Notes: generated by a model not told the origin, from the letters alone. DNA of 64,000 bases from Spirochaetia bacterium (GCA_965199955.1 CBDATQ010000002.1:1280001-1344000), one strand, 5' to 3'. Shown: positions 50,693-61,381, counted from the stretch's first letter. Made by a program: numbers and translations.

Positions 50693-52630
50693 ATGAGGAA
50701 GATGACTGCCGTCGCCCTGGCGCTGACCCTGGTCCTGGTTGCGGCCGCGGACCAGGCCACCGGCCAGACGGAAGCAGGGGCCGCTCCCGTGCGCAGCGGC
50801 CAGTACGGAGAGGCGCCGATGCTGGCCGCCCTGGTCGCCTCAGGAGAGTTGCCCCCGGTCGAGGAGCGCCTGCCCGAGACGCCGCGCGTGCTGGAGGTCG
50901 CCGAGATCGGCACCTACGGCGGGGCGCTGCAGCAGGTCCGCAACCTGGATGCGTCCGACTGGCTGGCCTGGGTCATGACCAAGGAGCCGCTCACGATCGT
51001 CTCACCGGATCTGTTGACCACGCTGCCGAACGTCGCCAGCGAGTTCAGCGTGTCGGAGGACGGCACCACCATCACCTTCACGCTGCGGCCCGGCATGCGC
51101 TGGAGCGACGGCGCGCCGTTCGGGGTCGACGACCTCATGTTCTGGTACGAGGACCTGATCAGCAACAAGGAGCTGACTCCGGAGCCGATCAGCTACTTCA
51201 CCCGCAACAACGAGCTGCTGGTCGTCAGCAAGGTGGACGACAACACGGTGACGTTCACGTTCAGCCTGCCCAACAGCCCGTTCGTGGACATGATCGGGAC
51301 GTGGTGGATGTACTTCGTGCCGCAGTACGCGCCGAAGCACTACATGAGCCAGTTCCACCCGACCTACACCGACCGAGAGAAGCTGAACGACCTGGTGAAG
51401 TCGGAGGGATTCGCGAGCTGGCCTGAGCTCTATCACAGCAAGGACTGCGTCGGGCATCCGTCACAGGGCGTCCATGACCCGGCCTGCCCCTCGCTGGGTC
51501 CCTGGCAGTTCCAGGATCCGAAGACCGCGCCGGTGCAGACGGCGGTGCGCAACCCGTACTACTGGAAGGTCGATCCCGAGGGCAATCAGCTTCCCTACAT
51601 CGACCGCGTCGAGCGCCCGCTGATCTCCGACACGGAGGCGTGGCTGCTCAAGGTGGTCGCAGGCGAAGAGGACGTGGTCCTGGGCTCGTTCCTGGATCCC
51701 GGCAAGAACTTCACCTTCCTGAAGCAGAACGAAGCGCGCGGCGGCTACACGGTCAAGACGTTCACCTGGTGGCGCAACCACTCCACGCTGTACTTCAATC
51801 ACACCACGGCTGACGAGGTAAAATCCGCGCTCTACGCCAACAAGGAATTCCGCATTGCGCTGTCGCACGCGATCAACCGGGACGAGATCAACGGCCTGCT
51901 GTTCGGCGGGCGGCACACTCCCAGCCAGCTCTCCCCGAACTCCGGTCCGCCCTTCCACGGCGAGCGCGACATGTTCAAGCAGTTCATCGAATATGACCCG
52001 GACAAGGCCAACGCGATGTTGGACGAGATCGGCCTCACGGCCCGCGACCGCGACGGCTTCCGCCTCCGCCCCGACGGCAGCGCACTGCAGTTCATTCTGT
52101 ACCACCCGTCGTGGCCGCCGGAGAATCCCGAGCTCGGCGAGCTCATCCGGGGCTATTGGGCGGAGGTCGGCATCAACCTGGCGGTCAAGGCGCTGGACGG
52201 AGCGGCCTATACCGCGATCAACGATGCGGACGAGGCGGACATGCGCCTGCGCGTCGGCTACTACGTCGGCCCGCCGATGGTGCCGATCATGAGCCCCAAC
52301 CTGTTCGCCACCAACTTCGAGACCGAGCCCGAGTGGTCGAGCTGGCTCAACACCGAAGGGGCGTCGGGAGTCGAGCCGCCGGACGACGTGAAGCGGCTGC
52401 GGGAGATCCAGAACGAGATCTACGCGGAGCCGGATCCGCAGAAGCAACTCGTCCTGTACGACGAGGCGTTCACGATCCACACCGACAACCTCTGGCAGTT
52501 GGGCATCCTGGAGTGGGACGCGGAGACGTCGTTCAGCTACATCCAGAACAACCGGATCGGCAACGTGCCCGAGCCGATGCCGGGCGAGATCATCCCCTCG
52601 CAGCGGAGCTCCTGGTTCATAAAGGAGTAG
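50693..52630 (+). CDS. ABC transporter substrate-binding protein (SBP family 5)
   Basis: Signal peptide, GELPPVEERLP, WSDGAPF, RNPYYWKVD..GNQLPYID; AAGGAG RBS. Confidence 0.92.
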   Translation: MRKMTAVALALTLVLVAAADQATGQTEAGAAPVRSGQYGEAPMLAALVASGELPPVEERLPETPRVLEVAEIGTYGGALQQVRNLDASDWLAWVMTKEPLTIVSPDLLTTLPNVASEFSVSEDGTTITFTLRPGMRWSDGAPFGVDDLMFWYEDLISNKELTPEPISYFTRNNELLVVSKVDDNTVTFTFSLPNSPFVDMIGTWWMYFVPQYAPKHYMSQFHPTYTDREKLNDLVKSEGFASWPELYHSKDCVGHPSQGVHDPACPSLGPWQFQDPKTAPVQTAVRNPYYWKVDPEGNQLPYIDRVERPLISDTEAWLLKVVAGEEDVVLGSFLDPGKNFTFLKQNEARGGYTVKTFTWWRNHSTLYFNHTTADEVKSALYANKEFRIALSHAINRDEINGLLFGGRHTPSQLSPNSGPPFHGERDMFKQFIEYDPDKANAMLDEIGLTARDRDGFRLRPDGSALQFILYHPSWPPENPELGELIRGYWAEVGINLAVKALDGAAYTAINDADEADMRLRVGYYVGPPMVPIMSPNLFATNFETEPEWSSWLNTEGASGVEPPDDVKRLREIQNEIYAEPDPQKQLVLYDEAFTIHTDNLWQLGILEWDAETSFSYIQNNRIGNVPEPMPGEIIPSQRSSWFIKE

Positions 52631-52829
52631 AGCCCAACCGTGGCCCAGTCCCTCCTTTGGCTCGGATCGCATCGGTTCCCGATGCGGCCCGAGCCGGGAT
52701 ACGGGTTGACCCGGCGCCTTCGGCGCCGCGTTCGAAACATCGAGGGAGGTTGCCGACACCGGCGGTGCCTCCCTCGTTCCCTGGTTTCGCGCTGGCGATG
52801 TCATCTTTTTGGAATGAGGAGATACTCGG

Positions 52830-53394
52830 ATGGACGCAAACGAACTGAGACGTTGGCTTTGGAGTCCGGACGGAAGGCAAGGCCCTCTTGTGTTCGAGGC
52901 GAAGGTGCCAATTCCTTTTTTGGATAGCGGTTTGGCAAACCGCCTTGTGCAATTGAATTTGCATGGTCGCCAGATCCTAACCCTTCATGAATCTCAGGAG
53001 ATGGTTTGCATCGATGGTGTGAATCCGGGTTCGGTTGTTTCGCATGGGAAAACGATCGAAGATGCACAGAATCGTTTTGGCGAAGAAGTTTCTTGGATTT
53101 TTGTCTGACATAGCGAGTTCTTGTGACAATTCACCGGATGCCTATATAAAAGAGGTTTCCGACTTCATGGAGCAGACAGATAATTCTCTTGCAGACACGT
53201 GGATGAAGCTTACGGAAGCTCTGTTGCTAGGGCAAGATCGCGAACAAGCACAGGATCAAGCTCGCGAACAGAATCAGGTTCTTCGCGAACAGGATTCCGG
53301 TTACGATAACGTCGTTGATCTCATGGATTGGCTCAAGAAAAACCAGCCGCAACCAGTCGTGGGTGCGAAAGGAGCGAGGTCGGCGAGCGGTTGA
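52830..53394 (+). pseudogene. Low-GC hypothetical gene with HicB-like segment, split by a T5 frameshift near 53100
   Basis: GVNPGSVVSHGKTIEDAQNRF; removing one T joins ORFs 52830 and 53035. Confidence 0.45.
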
Positions 53395-53545
53395 CATACG
53401 AGATGTGAGATTTATTCCAGTTGTGTCCGTAAGCTAGCTGACGCTCTCGGTATAAGGGAATGCGCCGAGAGTGTCTTGAATCCGCTCTCTTTGCGGTCAT
53501 AACCCCCGTTCCTGCACTCCTGCCTCTTCAAGCAGGGAGGCATCC

Positions 53546-53769
53546 ATGCTGACGGGGACTTCGTTGCCGGATACGAGGCGTGCCGGGCGGAGCTGTCTGA
53601 GCACGGTCGGGTTCGGCGCGCCCGTGCGCAACGCCCAGTACGGGGAGGCGCCGATGCTGGCCGCCCTGGTTGCCTCAGGAGAGCTGCCCCCGATCGAGGA
53701 ACGCCTGCCCGAGACCCGGCATGCGCTGGAGCGACGGCGCGCCGTTCGGGGTCGACGACCTCATGTTCT
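53546..53769 (+). pseudogene. Internally deleted paralog of the SBP gene
   Basis: 53621-53715 is similar to 50786-50880; 53715-53769 is identical to 51089-51143. Confidence 0.8.
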
Positions 53770-53814
53770 CGGCCTTACCGCCCGAATGAGTCCTCCGGCT
53801 GCCGCGCCGGCGTG

Positions 53815-54140
53815 CTACTCCTGCTCGGGGTCGATGCCCGACCGGCGCAGCAGGGCCGCCAGGCGTTCGGCGCGCCGCTGCTCGTCCGCCAGCAACTGTT
53901 CCGCGTGCTCGGCACGCCGGTGTTCCTCGTCGGCACGCTCCCGGCCCGTCGGGATCAACGCGCCGTGCTCGTCCGTCCAGCGCAGCCACCGGTGGCGGAC
54001 CGCCTCGAACACGCCGTCCCACAGCGTCAGCCCCAACCGCAGCTCGGGAACCACGGAGACGCCAGCCGCTCGTAGCTGCCGCCGCTCAGCCAGTAGGTGC
54101 GCAGGTCGTCGTCCATCACCTGATGCAGAGGATCGTGGAT
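53815..54140 (-). pseudogene. Uma2 (DUF820) family endonuclease C-terminal remnant
   Basis: LGLTLWDG..WLRW.D..G.LIPT..ERA...AERLAALLR..GIDP. Confidence 0.75.
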
Positions 54141-54284
54141 CACCATAGATTGTGCCGGACGGCGGACCGGAGCGGTTTCCGCTCGATGCGCCGGTTGGAG
54201 GTGAGTCGTGGATAATGGCGCCGTTCTACAGCAAGCCGGTTCGCGGCCTGCACCTGCAGGGACGCGGCGTCCGGGGCAAGCGGC

Positions 54285-55365
54285 GTGAACCGCGACGATG
54301 CCTTCGAGCGCTGTCTTGAGGCGTTGTACGAGGCCGCCCTCGACGACACCCACTGGCCCGCCGCTACCACCCTGATCGAGGAGGCCGTCGGCATCGACGG
54401 GAACCTCGTGGGCGTCAGCGAAGGGTCTGGCGAGGACCTGCGTGTCCTGTTCACCCGCTGGCTTCGCCGCGGCGAGGACCGTCAGGAACAAGCGCGCGAG
54501 TATTTCGACGTCTACTACCCGCACGACGAAGCGGTGCCCCGCATGGCGCGGCTTCCCCACGGCCGGCTGGTCCCTCTCCGAGACCTCTATTCCGAGGACG
54601 AGCGGAAGGCGTCGCAGGTCTACAACGAGGCCCCGTCTTGGCAGCCAGAACAGCTTGTACACGCGCTTCGACGGGCCGGGCGGTCTTAGCATCGGCTGTA
54701 GCGTCGGCGACCCGGTGGGTAGCGGCGGCTGGCAGCTCGGGCTGGAAGGCGGCTACCGCTTCGCGCTGGCGGGCGGCGGCACGCTTGCGCCGACGTTCGA
54801 GATCGGCGTGCGCCACGACGGCGGCCACGCCGAGACCGGCTACGGGATGGACGTCGGCGGCGGGCTCGCGTGGTCGGACCCGGCGCTCGGGCTCTCGGCG
54901 CAGGTCTCGGCGCGTGGGCTGCTGACGCGCGAGCTCGACGGCTTCCGGGACGTGGGCTTCTCCGGGGCGCTGGCCTGGGATCCCGATCCGTCCTCCGACC
55001 GGGGGCCGTCGCTGACGGTCACGCAGACGCTGGGGGCCTCGGCCACCGGCGGCATGCGCGCGCTGCTCGGGCGAGCGACCCTGGTCGGTCTGCCGGCCGC
55101 GGACGACCCGCTGCAGCGCCGCCGCCTGGCCGTGCGCGCGGACTACGGCCTCGGGGCGGCCGGCGACCGGTTCACGGCCACGCCGGAGGTGGGTCTGACG
55201 CTGGAGCCGCAGCGGCGGGAGTATCGCCTGGGCTGGCGTCTGGCCGTCGCCGACGCCGGCCCGGCGTCGTTCGAGATCGCCCTGGAGCGCACGCGCAGTG
55301 GGCACGTCAACCACGCCGCCGCCCCCGAGCACGCCATCGGCATCCGCGTCACCGCGCGCTGGTAA
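54285..55365 (+). pseudogene. Chimera: LuxR-type regulator N-terminus fused to autotransporter-like beta-barrel C-terminus
   Basis: LYEAALDDTHWP.. N-terminus (frameshift near 54632); from about 54733 LGLEG..GVRHDGG.AETGYG..; terminal Trp. Confidence 0.65.
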
Positions 55366-55384
55366 CCGGGAGGAAGGTGCGCGC

Positions 55385-56764
55385 ATGGTGAAACAGCGGC
55401 CGATCGTCATCCTGCACGGCTGGAACTCCACCTCGGCCAGCTTCGAGCGGCTGGCGAGCCTCGTGCGCGCGGAGCTGCACCGCGACGTGTCGATCATCTC
55501 GCTGGCCGACTACCTCAGCCTGGAGGACGAGGTCCGCTTCGACGACCTCACGACGGCCATGCACGCCGCTTGGTACAGACACGAGCTGCCCAACCGCACG
55601 GGCGCCGTGGACGCCATCGTCCACAGCACCGGCGCTCTGGTGATACGCGATTGGCTGCAGCGTCACTACGACCCGGACCGGGCGCCCGTCAAGCACCTGG
55701 TCATGCTCGCACCGGCCAACTTCGGCTCGCCGTTGGCGCACAAGGGCCGGTCGTTCATCGCCCGCGGCACCCTGGGCTTCATCCGCAAGCGCGAGGGCCG
55801 TCCCTTCGAGACCGGCACCCGGATTCTCAACGGACCGGAGCTCGCCAGTCCCCACACGTGGCGCTTGGCCGAGCGCGACCGCTTCGGCGAGGGCGGCACC
55901 AGGTATCAGCCCGGCAACGTGCTGTGCACCGTGCTGGTCGGCAACACCGGCTACCGCGGCATTCGCTCGATCGTCAACGAGGACGGTTCGGACGGCACGG
56001 TGCGCGTCTCGACCGCCAACTTGAACTGCGTGCGCATCAGGGCGCAGTTCCCGGCGAACCCGGCGATCGTGGGCCACGACGTCACCTACGAGCTGGAACC
56101 CTCCTCCGGCTCCACCGCGTTCGGCGTCATGGACGGCCACACGCATGGCTCGATCACGCTCGCTCCCGGTCCCGACGACGCTCCGACAAAGGCGTTGCGC
56201 AGGCGCGACCGCGATCTGCTATCGCACGTGGTCGAAGGCTTGACCGTCACCGATGACGGGTTCGGAGAGTGGTGCGACCGGCTGGCCGCCGCCAACGCCG
56301 GGCTGTTGCCCCGGACCGTCACCCGCGGAGGCCGCACGCACGGCTTTCAGAACACCGTCGTTCGCGTGCAGGACCAATACGGCGCCGGCGTCGACGACTA
56401 CCTGCTGGAGTTCTACGAGAAGGACGACGACAGGGTCGCCGAGCTGTTTCACACCTCGGCGATACGGAGCGTCCACAAGTACTCCGGTGACACCTCCTAC
56501 CGGAGCATCTACGTCGATTGCACCCGCCTGCGCAATGCCATCGACCAGGTGGGCGAGTGGCTGAGCCTGCGCCTCACCGCCTATCCCGAGCTCGACGACC
56601 GCACCCCCGTCGGCTTCACTACCATCGCCGACGACGGCATCGGCGGCGTCCGCATCAGGGCCGCGGACATCGCCACCTTCTTCCAGCCCCACCGCACGGC
56701 ACTGGTGACCCTGCAACTCACCCGCCAGCAAGCCGAAGAGACTTTCCGCTTCCATAATCGGTGA
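55385..56764 (+). CDS. Alpha/beta hydrolase fold protein
   Basis: LHGW, VHSTG nucleophile elbow, APANFGS, SDGTV. Confidence 0.8.
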   Translation: MVKQRPIVILHGWNSTSASFERLASLVRAELHRDVSIISLADYLSLEDEVRFDDLTTAMHAAWYRHELPNRTGAVDAIVHSTGALVIRDWLQRHYDPDRAPVKHLVMLAPANFGSPLAHKGRSFIARGTLGFIRKREGRPFETGTRILNGPELASPHTWRLAERDRFGEGGTRYQPGNVLCTVLVGNTGYRGIRSIVNEDGSDGTVRVSTANLNCVRIRAQFPANPAIVGHDVTYELEPSSGSTAFGVMDGHTHGSITLAPGPDDAPTKALRRRDRDLLSHVVEGLTVTDDGFGEWCDRLAAANAGLLPRTVTRGGRTHGFQNTVVRVQDQYGAGVDDYLLEFYEKDDDRVAELFHTSAIRSVHKYSGDTSYRSIYVDCTRLRNAIDQVGEWLSLRLTAYPELDDRTPVGFTTIADDGIGGVRIRAADIATFFQPHRTALVTLQLTRQQAEETFRFHNR

Positions 56765-56795
56765 AGGCCCGTAACGGTCACTGCCCGATTTCGGA

Positions 56796-57370
56796 CTACC
56801 GCTGGAGGTCGAAACGGTCCAGGGTCATCACCTTTGCCCATGCCTCGATGAAGTCCTCAAGGAACGCGTCCTGCCCGTCGTTTGCCGCGTAGTGCTCCGC
56901 GACCGCGCGCAGCTCGGAGTTGGAGCCGAAGATCAGATCGACCGGAGTGGCTGTCCACTTCAGGTGCCCCGTCACGCGGTCGCGGCCCTCGTAGACCCCC
57001 TCGGTGGACGACTCGGACCACTGCGTGGACATGTCGATCAGGTTGACGAAGAAGTCGTTGCTCAGCGTCCCGGGACGGTCCGTGAACCCGCCGTGAGGCG
57101 AGCCCCCGGCATTGCCGCCCATGGCGCGCATGCCGCCGACGAGCACGGTCATCTCCGGGATCGTCAGGTTCAGGAAGGCCGCCTGGGGTGCCAATGCGAA
57201 AGCGTCTTCGAACTCGTCCGGATCGTCGAGCCAGCGCAGCGTGATCTCGCGGTATGCGGGGTCATCCTTCAGTGCGAGGTCGGTGGTGAGCATCATGGGC
57301 GCATGCCGTACGGACGGATCGTGGGCGTCCGGCACCAGGTCCGACGACGCCCCGGCCGCCCGTTTGAGCC
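56796..57370 (-). pseudogene. katG: Catalase-peroxidase remnant (5' loss and internal deletion)
   Basis: [57 protein letters not shown]. Confidence 0.9.
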
Positions 57371-57385
57371 GCGCGGGCACGGGAC

Positions 57386-58510
57386 TCACCCGGTCGCAGG
57401 CCCTTCGTTTCTCCACCAGCGAAGCTCGTTGCTGCCGCGCTCGGCGCAGGCGGCCACGTCCAGCCGTCCATCGCCATCCAGGTCGGCCACGATGATCATG
57501 TTGGCGTGGGCCCAGCGGTCCTTGAGGATCTGCATGTCCCAAGGCCCTCCGGGGTCGCCCCGGTGCTTGAAGAGCGCAACGCGCCCGGGTTCTCCCCAGG
57601 CGGTGGCCACCACCTCGACCTGGCCGTCGCCGTCGAGGTCCGCGGCTGTCGCCTCGAAGGCCCCGGGGAAGTGCTCGGCTATGACGTGCCTGGGCCACGG
57701 GCCGATGCCCGGGCTGCCGTCGTTCTCGTACCACACGATCTGCTGGGTGCCCGCCGGGGCCTCGCGCCCGGGATGATCGAAACCGAGGGCCATCACCAGG
57801 TCGACGTCCCCGTCGCCGTCCATGTCGACGGGGTGACCGTGGATGGGCCTGGGCGCGGTGTCGATGACGTGCTTCGTCCAGGGCGAGTCGGGGAAGGTGC
57901 CGGGGTTCCGGTACCAGGCTACCTCGCCGCGGTTTGACGCCGTGCCCACCAGGTCGACGAGTCCGTTGCCGTCGACGTCGGCGGCGCACACGGCGCGGGC
58001 CTCCGGCGCGTCGTCGTCGATCAGGTGCTTGACCCAGACACCGCCGCGGTTCTCGAACCAGGCGAGCTGGTTGCTGATGCGCCATCCGGAGGCGGCCACG
58101 TCCAGGTCGCCGTCGCCGTCGAGATCAGCAATGGCCACGTCGTAGGCGCCGGGGATGCCGCCCTCCGTGAGGTAGCCGTGGCGCCACGAGTCGGGGTCCC
58201 GTGGGTCGCCGTCGAAGCCGAACGACAGCAGGCAGCCGTTGAGGTTGTCGACGCACACGATCTCCGGCTTACCGTCGCCGTCGACGTCGGCGACGGCGTG
58301 CCGCTCCAGCAACTCGTTGGTCCGCAGGTGGACGACGTGCCGGGTGAAGGTGCCGGCGCCGTCGTTCTCGAACCAATAGAGGCCCCGGTCGGCGTCGGTG
58401 GCGACCAGGTCCAGGCTGCCGCTGCCGGTCAGGTCGGCGGCGGAGAGCGCGAAGGCGTATCTGAACTCCGCCGAAACGAGCCGCTCGGTGAATCTGACGA
58501 TCTCGGCCAC
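57386..58510 (-). CDS. FG-GAP/VCBS repeat beta-propeller protein
   Basis: Multiple D.DGDG..D repeats with W(F/Y)EN motifs. Confidence 0.88.
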   Translation of the reverse strand: MAEIVRFTERLVSAEFRYAFALSAADLTGSGSLDLVATDADRGLYWFENDGAGTFTRHVVHLRTNELLERHAVADVDGDGKPEIVCVDNLNGCLLSFGFDGDPRDPDSWRHGYLTEGGIPGAYDVAIADLDGDGDLDVAASGWRISNQLAWFENRGGVWVKHLIDDDAPEARAVCAADVDGNGLVDLVGTASNRGEVAWYRNPGTFPDSPWTKHVIDTAPRPIHGHPVDMDGDGDVDLVMALGFDHPGREAPAGTQQIVWYENDGSPGIGPWPRHVIAEHFPGAFEATAADLDGDGQVEVVATAWGEPGRVALFKHRGDPGGPWDMQILKDRWAHANMIIVADLDGDGRLDVAACAERGSNELRWWRNEGPATG

Positions 58511-58520
58511 CGCGCTTCGC

Positions 58521-58952
58521 CTACGGCCGCATGTAACGGTTGTTGCCCCGGGCGAAGTAGCGTTTCATGGGCTCGAAGTAGCGCTCGGACCAGCCCTCCA
58601 TGCACGCGTCACCCTGTCCGTCGGGCACGTTGGAGTGCCTGATGGTGGCGGTGATGCCGGCACGCTGGTCTCTCGTGCGGACGAGCTCGACCTCCAGGCG
58701 GGAATCGGGGGCGCCCTCGGGAAACCGGGAAGAGCGCCATGACTGAACGATACGGCGGTACGGCGCAAGCTCCAGGTTGACCCCGGTGATGGAGCCGTCC
58801 CAGGCGGTGAACGAGGCGCCCGGCTCGGCCGAAACCTCGGCTTTCCCGCCCGTCATGTTCGTGTGCTCCTCGCTGTCCAGCCAAGCTTCGTAGATGCGCT
58901 TCGGGGTGGCCAGTATGACGTCTGCCGTCTCGAAGGACTCGGGCACTGCCAT
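58521..58952 (-). CDS. SRPBCC/Aha1-domain protein
   Basis: YEAWLDSEEH, RIVQSWR, GW..RYFEPMK. Confidence 0.85.
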   Translation of the reverse strand: MAVPESFETADVILATPKRIYEAWLDSEEHTNMTGGKAEVSAEPGASFTAWDGSITGVNLELAPYRRIVQSWRSSRFPEGAPDSRLEVELVRTRDQRAGITATIRHSNVPDGQGDACMEGWSERYFEPMKRYFARGNNRYMRP

Positions 58953-58962
58953 CCTCCCGGCG

Positions 58963-59570
58963 CTAGTATAGTGGCCGCTGCTGGAAGGCGACCAGGTCCG
59001 CGTACGCACCTCCCGTGGCGAGCAGGGAGTCATGCGGGCTGGCCTCCACGGTGCGCCCCTTCTTCAGGACGACGATGCGGTCGGCGCTGCGGATGGTGGA
59101 CAGCCGGTGCGCGATGACGAGTGAGGTACGGCCATGGCGGACGCGGGCCATCGCCTCCCGGAGCAGAAGCTCGTTCTCGGCATCCAGGTTGGAGACGGCC
59201 TCGTCCATCACCAGGATGGGGGCGTCCTTGAGGATCGCCCGCGCGATGGCGATACGCTGCCGCTGGCCCCCGGACATCCGGACCCCGCGCTCACCGGCGC
59301 TGGTCTCGTACCCCCCGGGCATCCGCATGATGAAGTCATGCGCCAGCGCGGCCCGCGCGGCCTCTTCCACCTCCAGGGCATCCGGGCGCACCAGGCGGAT
59401 GTTCTCGCGGATGGTCATGTTGAACAGGTAGACGTCCTGCGGCACCCAGGCGATGAGCTCGCGCAGGGCGTTCTGTGGGACGCCCGGACGTCATGCCCGC
59501 CGATCGTGATGGCGCCCTCCGTGATGGGGCTGACCTGGCGAGACCGGCGGTGTTCTCCGTGGCGCGATGC
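58963..59570 (-). pseudogene. ABC exporter ATPase C-terminal remnant
   Basis: MSGGQRQR, MDEA, IAHRLST; Walker A and TM domain missing; frameshifts. Confidence 0.75.
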
Positions 59571-59572
59571 CG

Positions 59573-61348
59573 TTATGCCGGCGTCACGTAGCGGCAGTCC
59601 CAGTCGCCGAGCATCTCCAGGTCGATCACCGGCGCCTCCAGGGACGGCTCCCCGGCGCGCTGCCAGGCCGCGATCTCTTCGAGGTGACCGAGGTCTCGGG
59701 CCGCGGTCCAGGCCGGGCCGTAGTGGATCAGCGGCTCCACCATCCCGTTCCAGAAGAACAGCGCGTCCGCGCCCTGCGCGGCCAGACCGGCGGCGGTGCG
59801 GCGGAGCACCGCGGGATCCATGCCCCCGTGGTCGATGCAGGGGGCCAGCCGGCAGCCGCTCCCCGAGGTAAGACGGGCGTACGGCGCCAGCGCGCGCGGG
59901 TCGCGCCAGGGGTGGGCGGTCATGTTGAGCTCCGGCAGGTCCGTGAACGGGACCACGGTGTCCACCAGGCCGGCGGCCAGCCACGCGGCCGGGTCCAGGC
60001 CGTTGGCCAGGTTCTCGGCCTCGCCGCTCATGACGATGGCCGTGATAGGCAGGTCCAGCGCCGCGCGTAGCTCGCGCAGGAAGCCGGTGAGCACACCCGC
60101 CCGGTAGCGCAGCCAGGCCGGGTCGTTCGGCGCCAGGTCGCGGGGGTCGGCGCCGTGTTGCTCGCGGAAGCCGTCGATCAGCGGCGGCTCGTACTCCACG
60201 ATCGGGTGGCGGCGGTTGAACAGCAGGCAGATGCCGTCGATCCCGTAAGCGGTCATCTCCCGGAACATCTCCACCACGTGGCCGCGGACCTCCGGGTAGG
60301 AGAACGACAGCACCGGGCTCGTGTTGCCGGCGCGGTCGCGCCCGCGCCACTCCTGGTGGCGGGCGTAGAGGCTGTCGCCGTGATCGTAGTAGTCGTGCGG
60401 CGGCGGGAGGTGAAAGCCGCCCAGCCGGTGGCAGGCGTGGAACTCCAGGCCGAGGTCGTGCGTCTGCTCGGCCGCGACGCGCAGGGGGTCGTTGCTCGCC
60501 GCGCGCCAGCGCCGGTAGCAGGCCGCCTCGTCACGCCCGGACATGTGCAGGAAGTCCTCCCGGCCGGGCGCCTCGGGCGTGCGGTAGCGCGTCTGGAAGT
60601 AGTAGGCCAGGTCGCCCATCGCCCCTTCCCAGTAGATGCGCGTGAAGTCCGTGTCGGCGTAGCCGATGATGTGACGGCGCAGCTCCTCCGGGGTGCTGGA
60701 ACGGGCCATGACCACGTCGTCATGGCCGTACAGCGGCAGCGCCGGAGCGGCGCGCCCGGCCGTGAAGCGGCGCACCTCGGCCTCGGTGAGCGGCACCAGC
60801 TTCACGTAGGCGACGCTGGCCATGGCGCAGCGGGTATGCTCGGCCCCACCGTAGGTGGTCTCCAGCCAGGTCACTTGTCCGAACTCCAGGTCGGCGCCGT
60901 CCAGCTCGGCCACCTGCCAGAAGCACTCGGACAGCTCCTCGCCGCCGGTGTGCTTGTGCCAGTCGGCGATCGGATCGCGGGGGAACGGCTGCGTCGGCAG
61001 GTGGAGGATGGAGAAGGTGGGATCGCCCGCGAACCGCACCAGCAGTTGCGCGGCGCCGGCGTCGTCGTACAGCCCGAAGTACCAGCACTTCAGGCGCCAC
61101 GCGCCGATCGAGATGGCGTGCCAGCCGCGGACGTTCACCGCCAGCCGCACCGGTGGTGCCTCCGTCTCCTGGCCGGCGACGATCGCCGTGCCGGACAGCG
61201 GCGCGCTGCGATACGGGAGCAGGCGCCAGCGCCCGTGGGCGGAGTCGGGCGAAAGCGCCGACGCCGGGGTGCAACGCTCCATGGCGCTCAGGTAGGTGGG
61301 GCTGCCGCTCAGCCAGCGGTCGCCGTAGAGATCCGCAGAGGCATCCAT
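59573..61348 (-). CDS. Hypothetical protein with glycoside hydrolase-like (GHL10-type) TIM barrel
   Basis: LSFSYPEVR, YGIDGICL.F.R, WL..GLVD. Confidence 0.65.
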   Translation of the reverse strand: MDASADLYGDRWLSGSPTYLSAMERCTPASALSPDSAHGRWRLLPYRSAPLSGTAIVAGQETEAPPVRLAVNVRGWHAISIGAWRLKCWYFGLYDDAGAAQLLVRFAGDPTFSILHLPTQPFPRDPIADWHKHTGGEELSECFWQVAELDGADLEFGQVTWLETTYGGAEHTRCAMASVAYVKLVPLTEAEVRRFTAGRAAPALPLYGHDDVVMARSSTPEELRRHIIGYADTDFTRIYWEGAMGDLAYYFQTRYRTPEAPGREDFLHMSGRDEAACYRRWRAASNDPLRVAAEQTHDLGLEFHACHRLGGFHLPPPHDYYDHGDSLYARHQEWRGRDRAGNTSPVLSFSYPEVRGHVVEMFREMTAYGIDGICLLFNRRHPIVEYEPPLIDGFREQHGADPRDLAPNDPAWLRYRAGVLTGFLRELRAALDLPITAIVMSGEAENLANGLDPAAWLAAGLVDTVVPFTDLPELNMTAHPWRDPRALAPYARLTSGSGCRLAPCIDHGGMDPAVLRRTAAGLAAQGADALFFWNGMVEPLIHYGPAWTAARDLGHLEEIAAWQRAGEPSLEAPVIDLEMLGDWDCRYVTPA

Positions 61349-61381
61349 TACACCGAGTCTATCGGCAGCGGGCCAAGGTGG

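Noticed and set aside
49490..52630. 1046-aa ORF as one fusion protein
   Set aside because: The upstream part is an off-frame shadow of the ATPase gene; the SBP starts at 50693 with its own RBS.
53621..53769. DGR template/variable repeat pair with the SBP gene
   Set aside because: Differences are not adenine-specific, many are synonymous, and no reverse transcriptase is present in the window.
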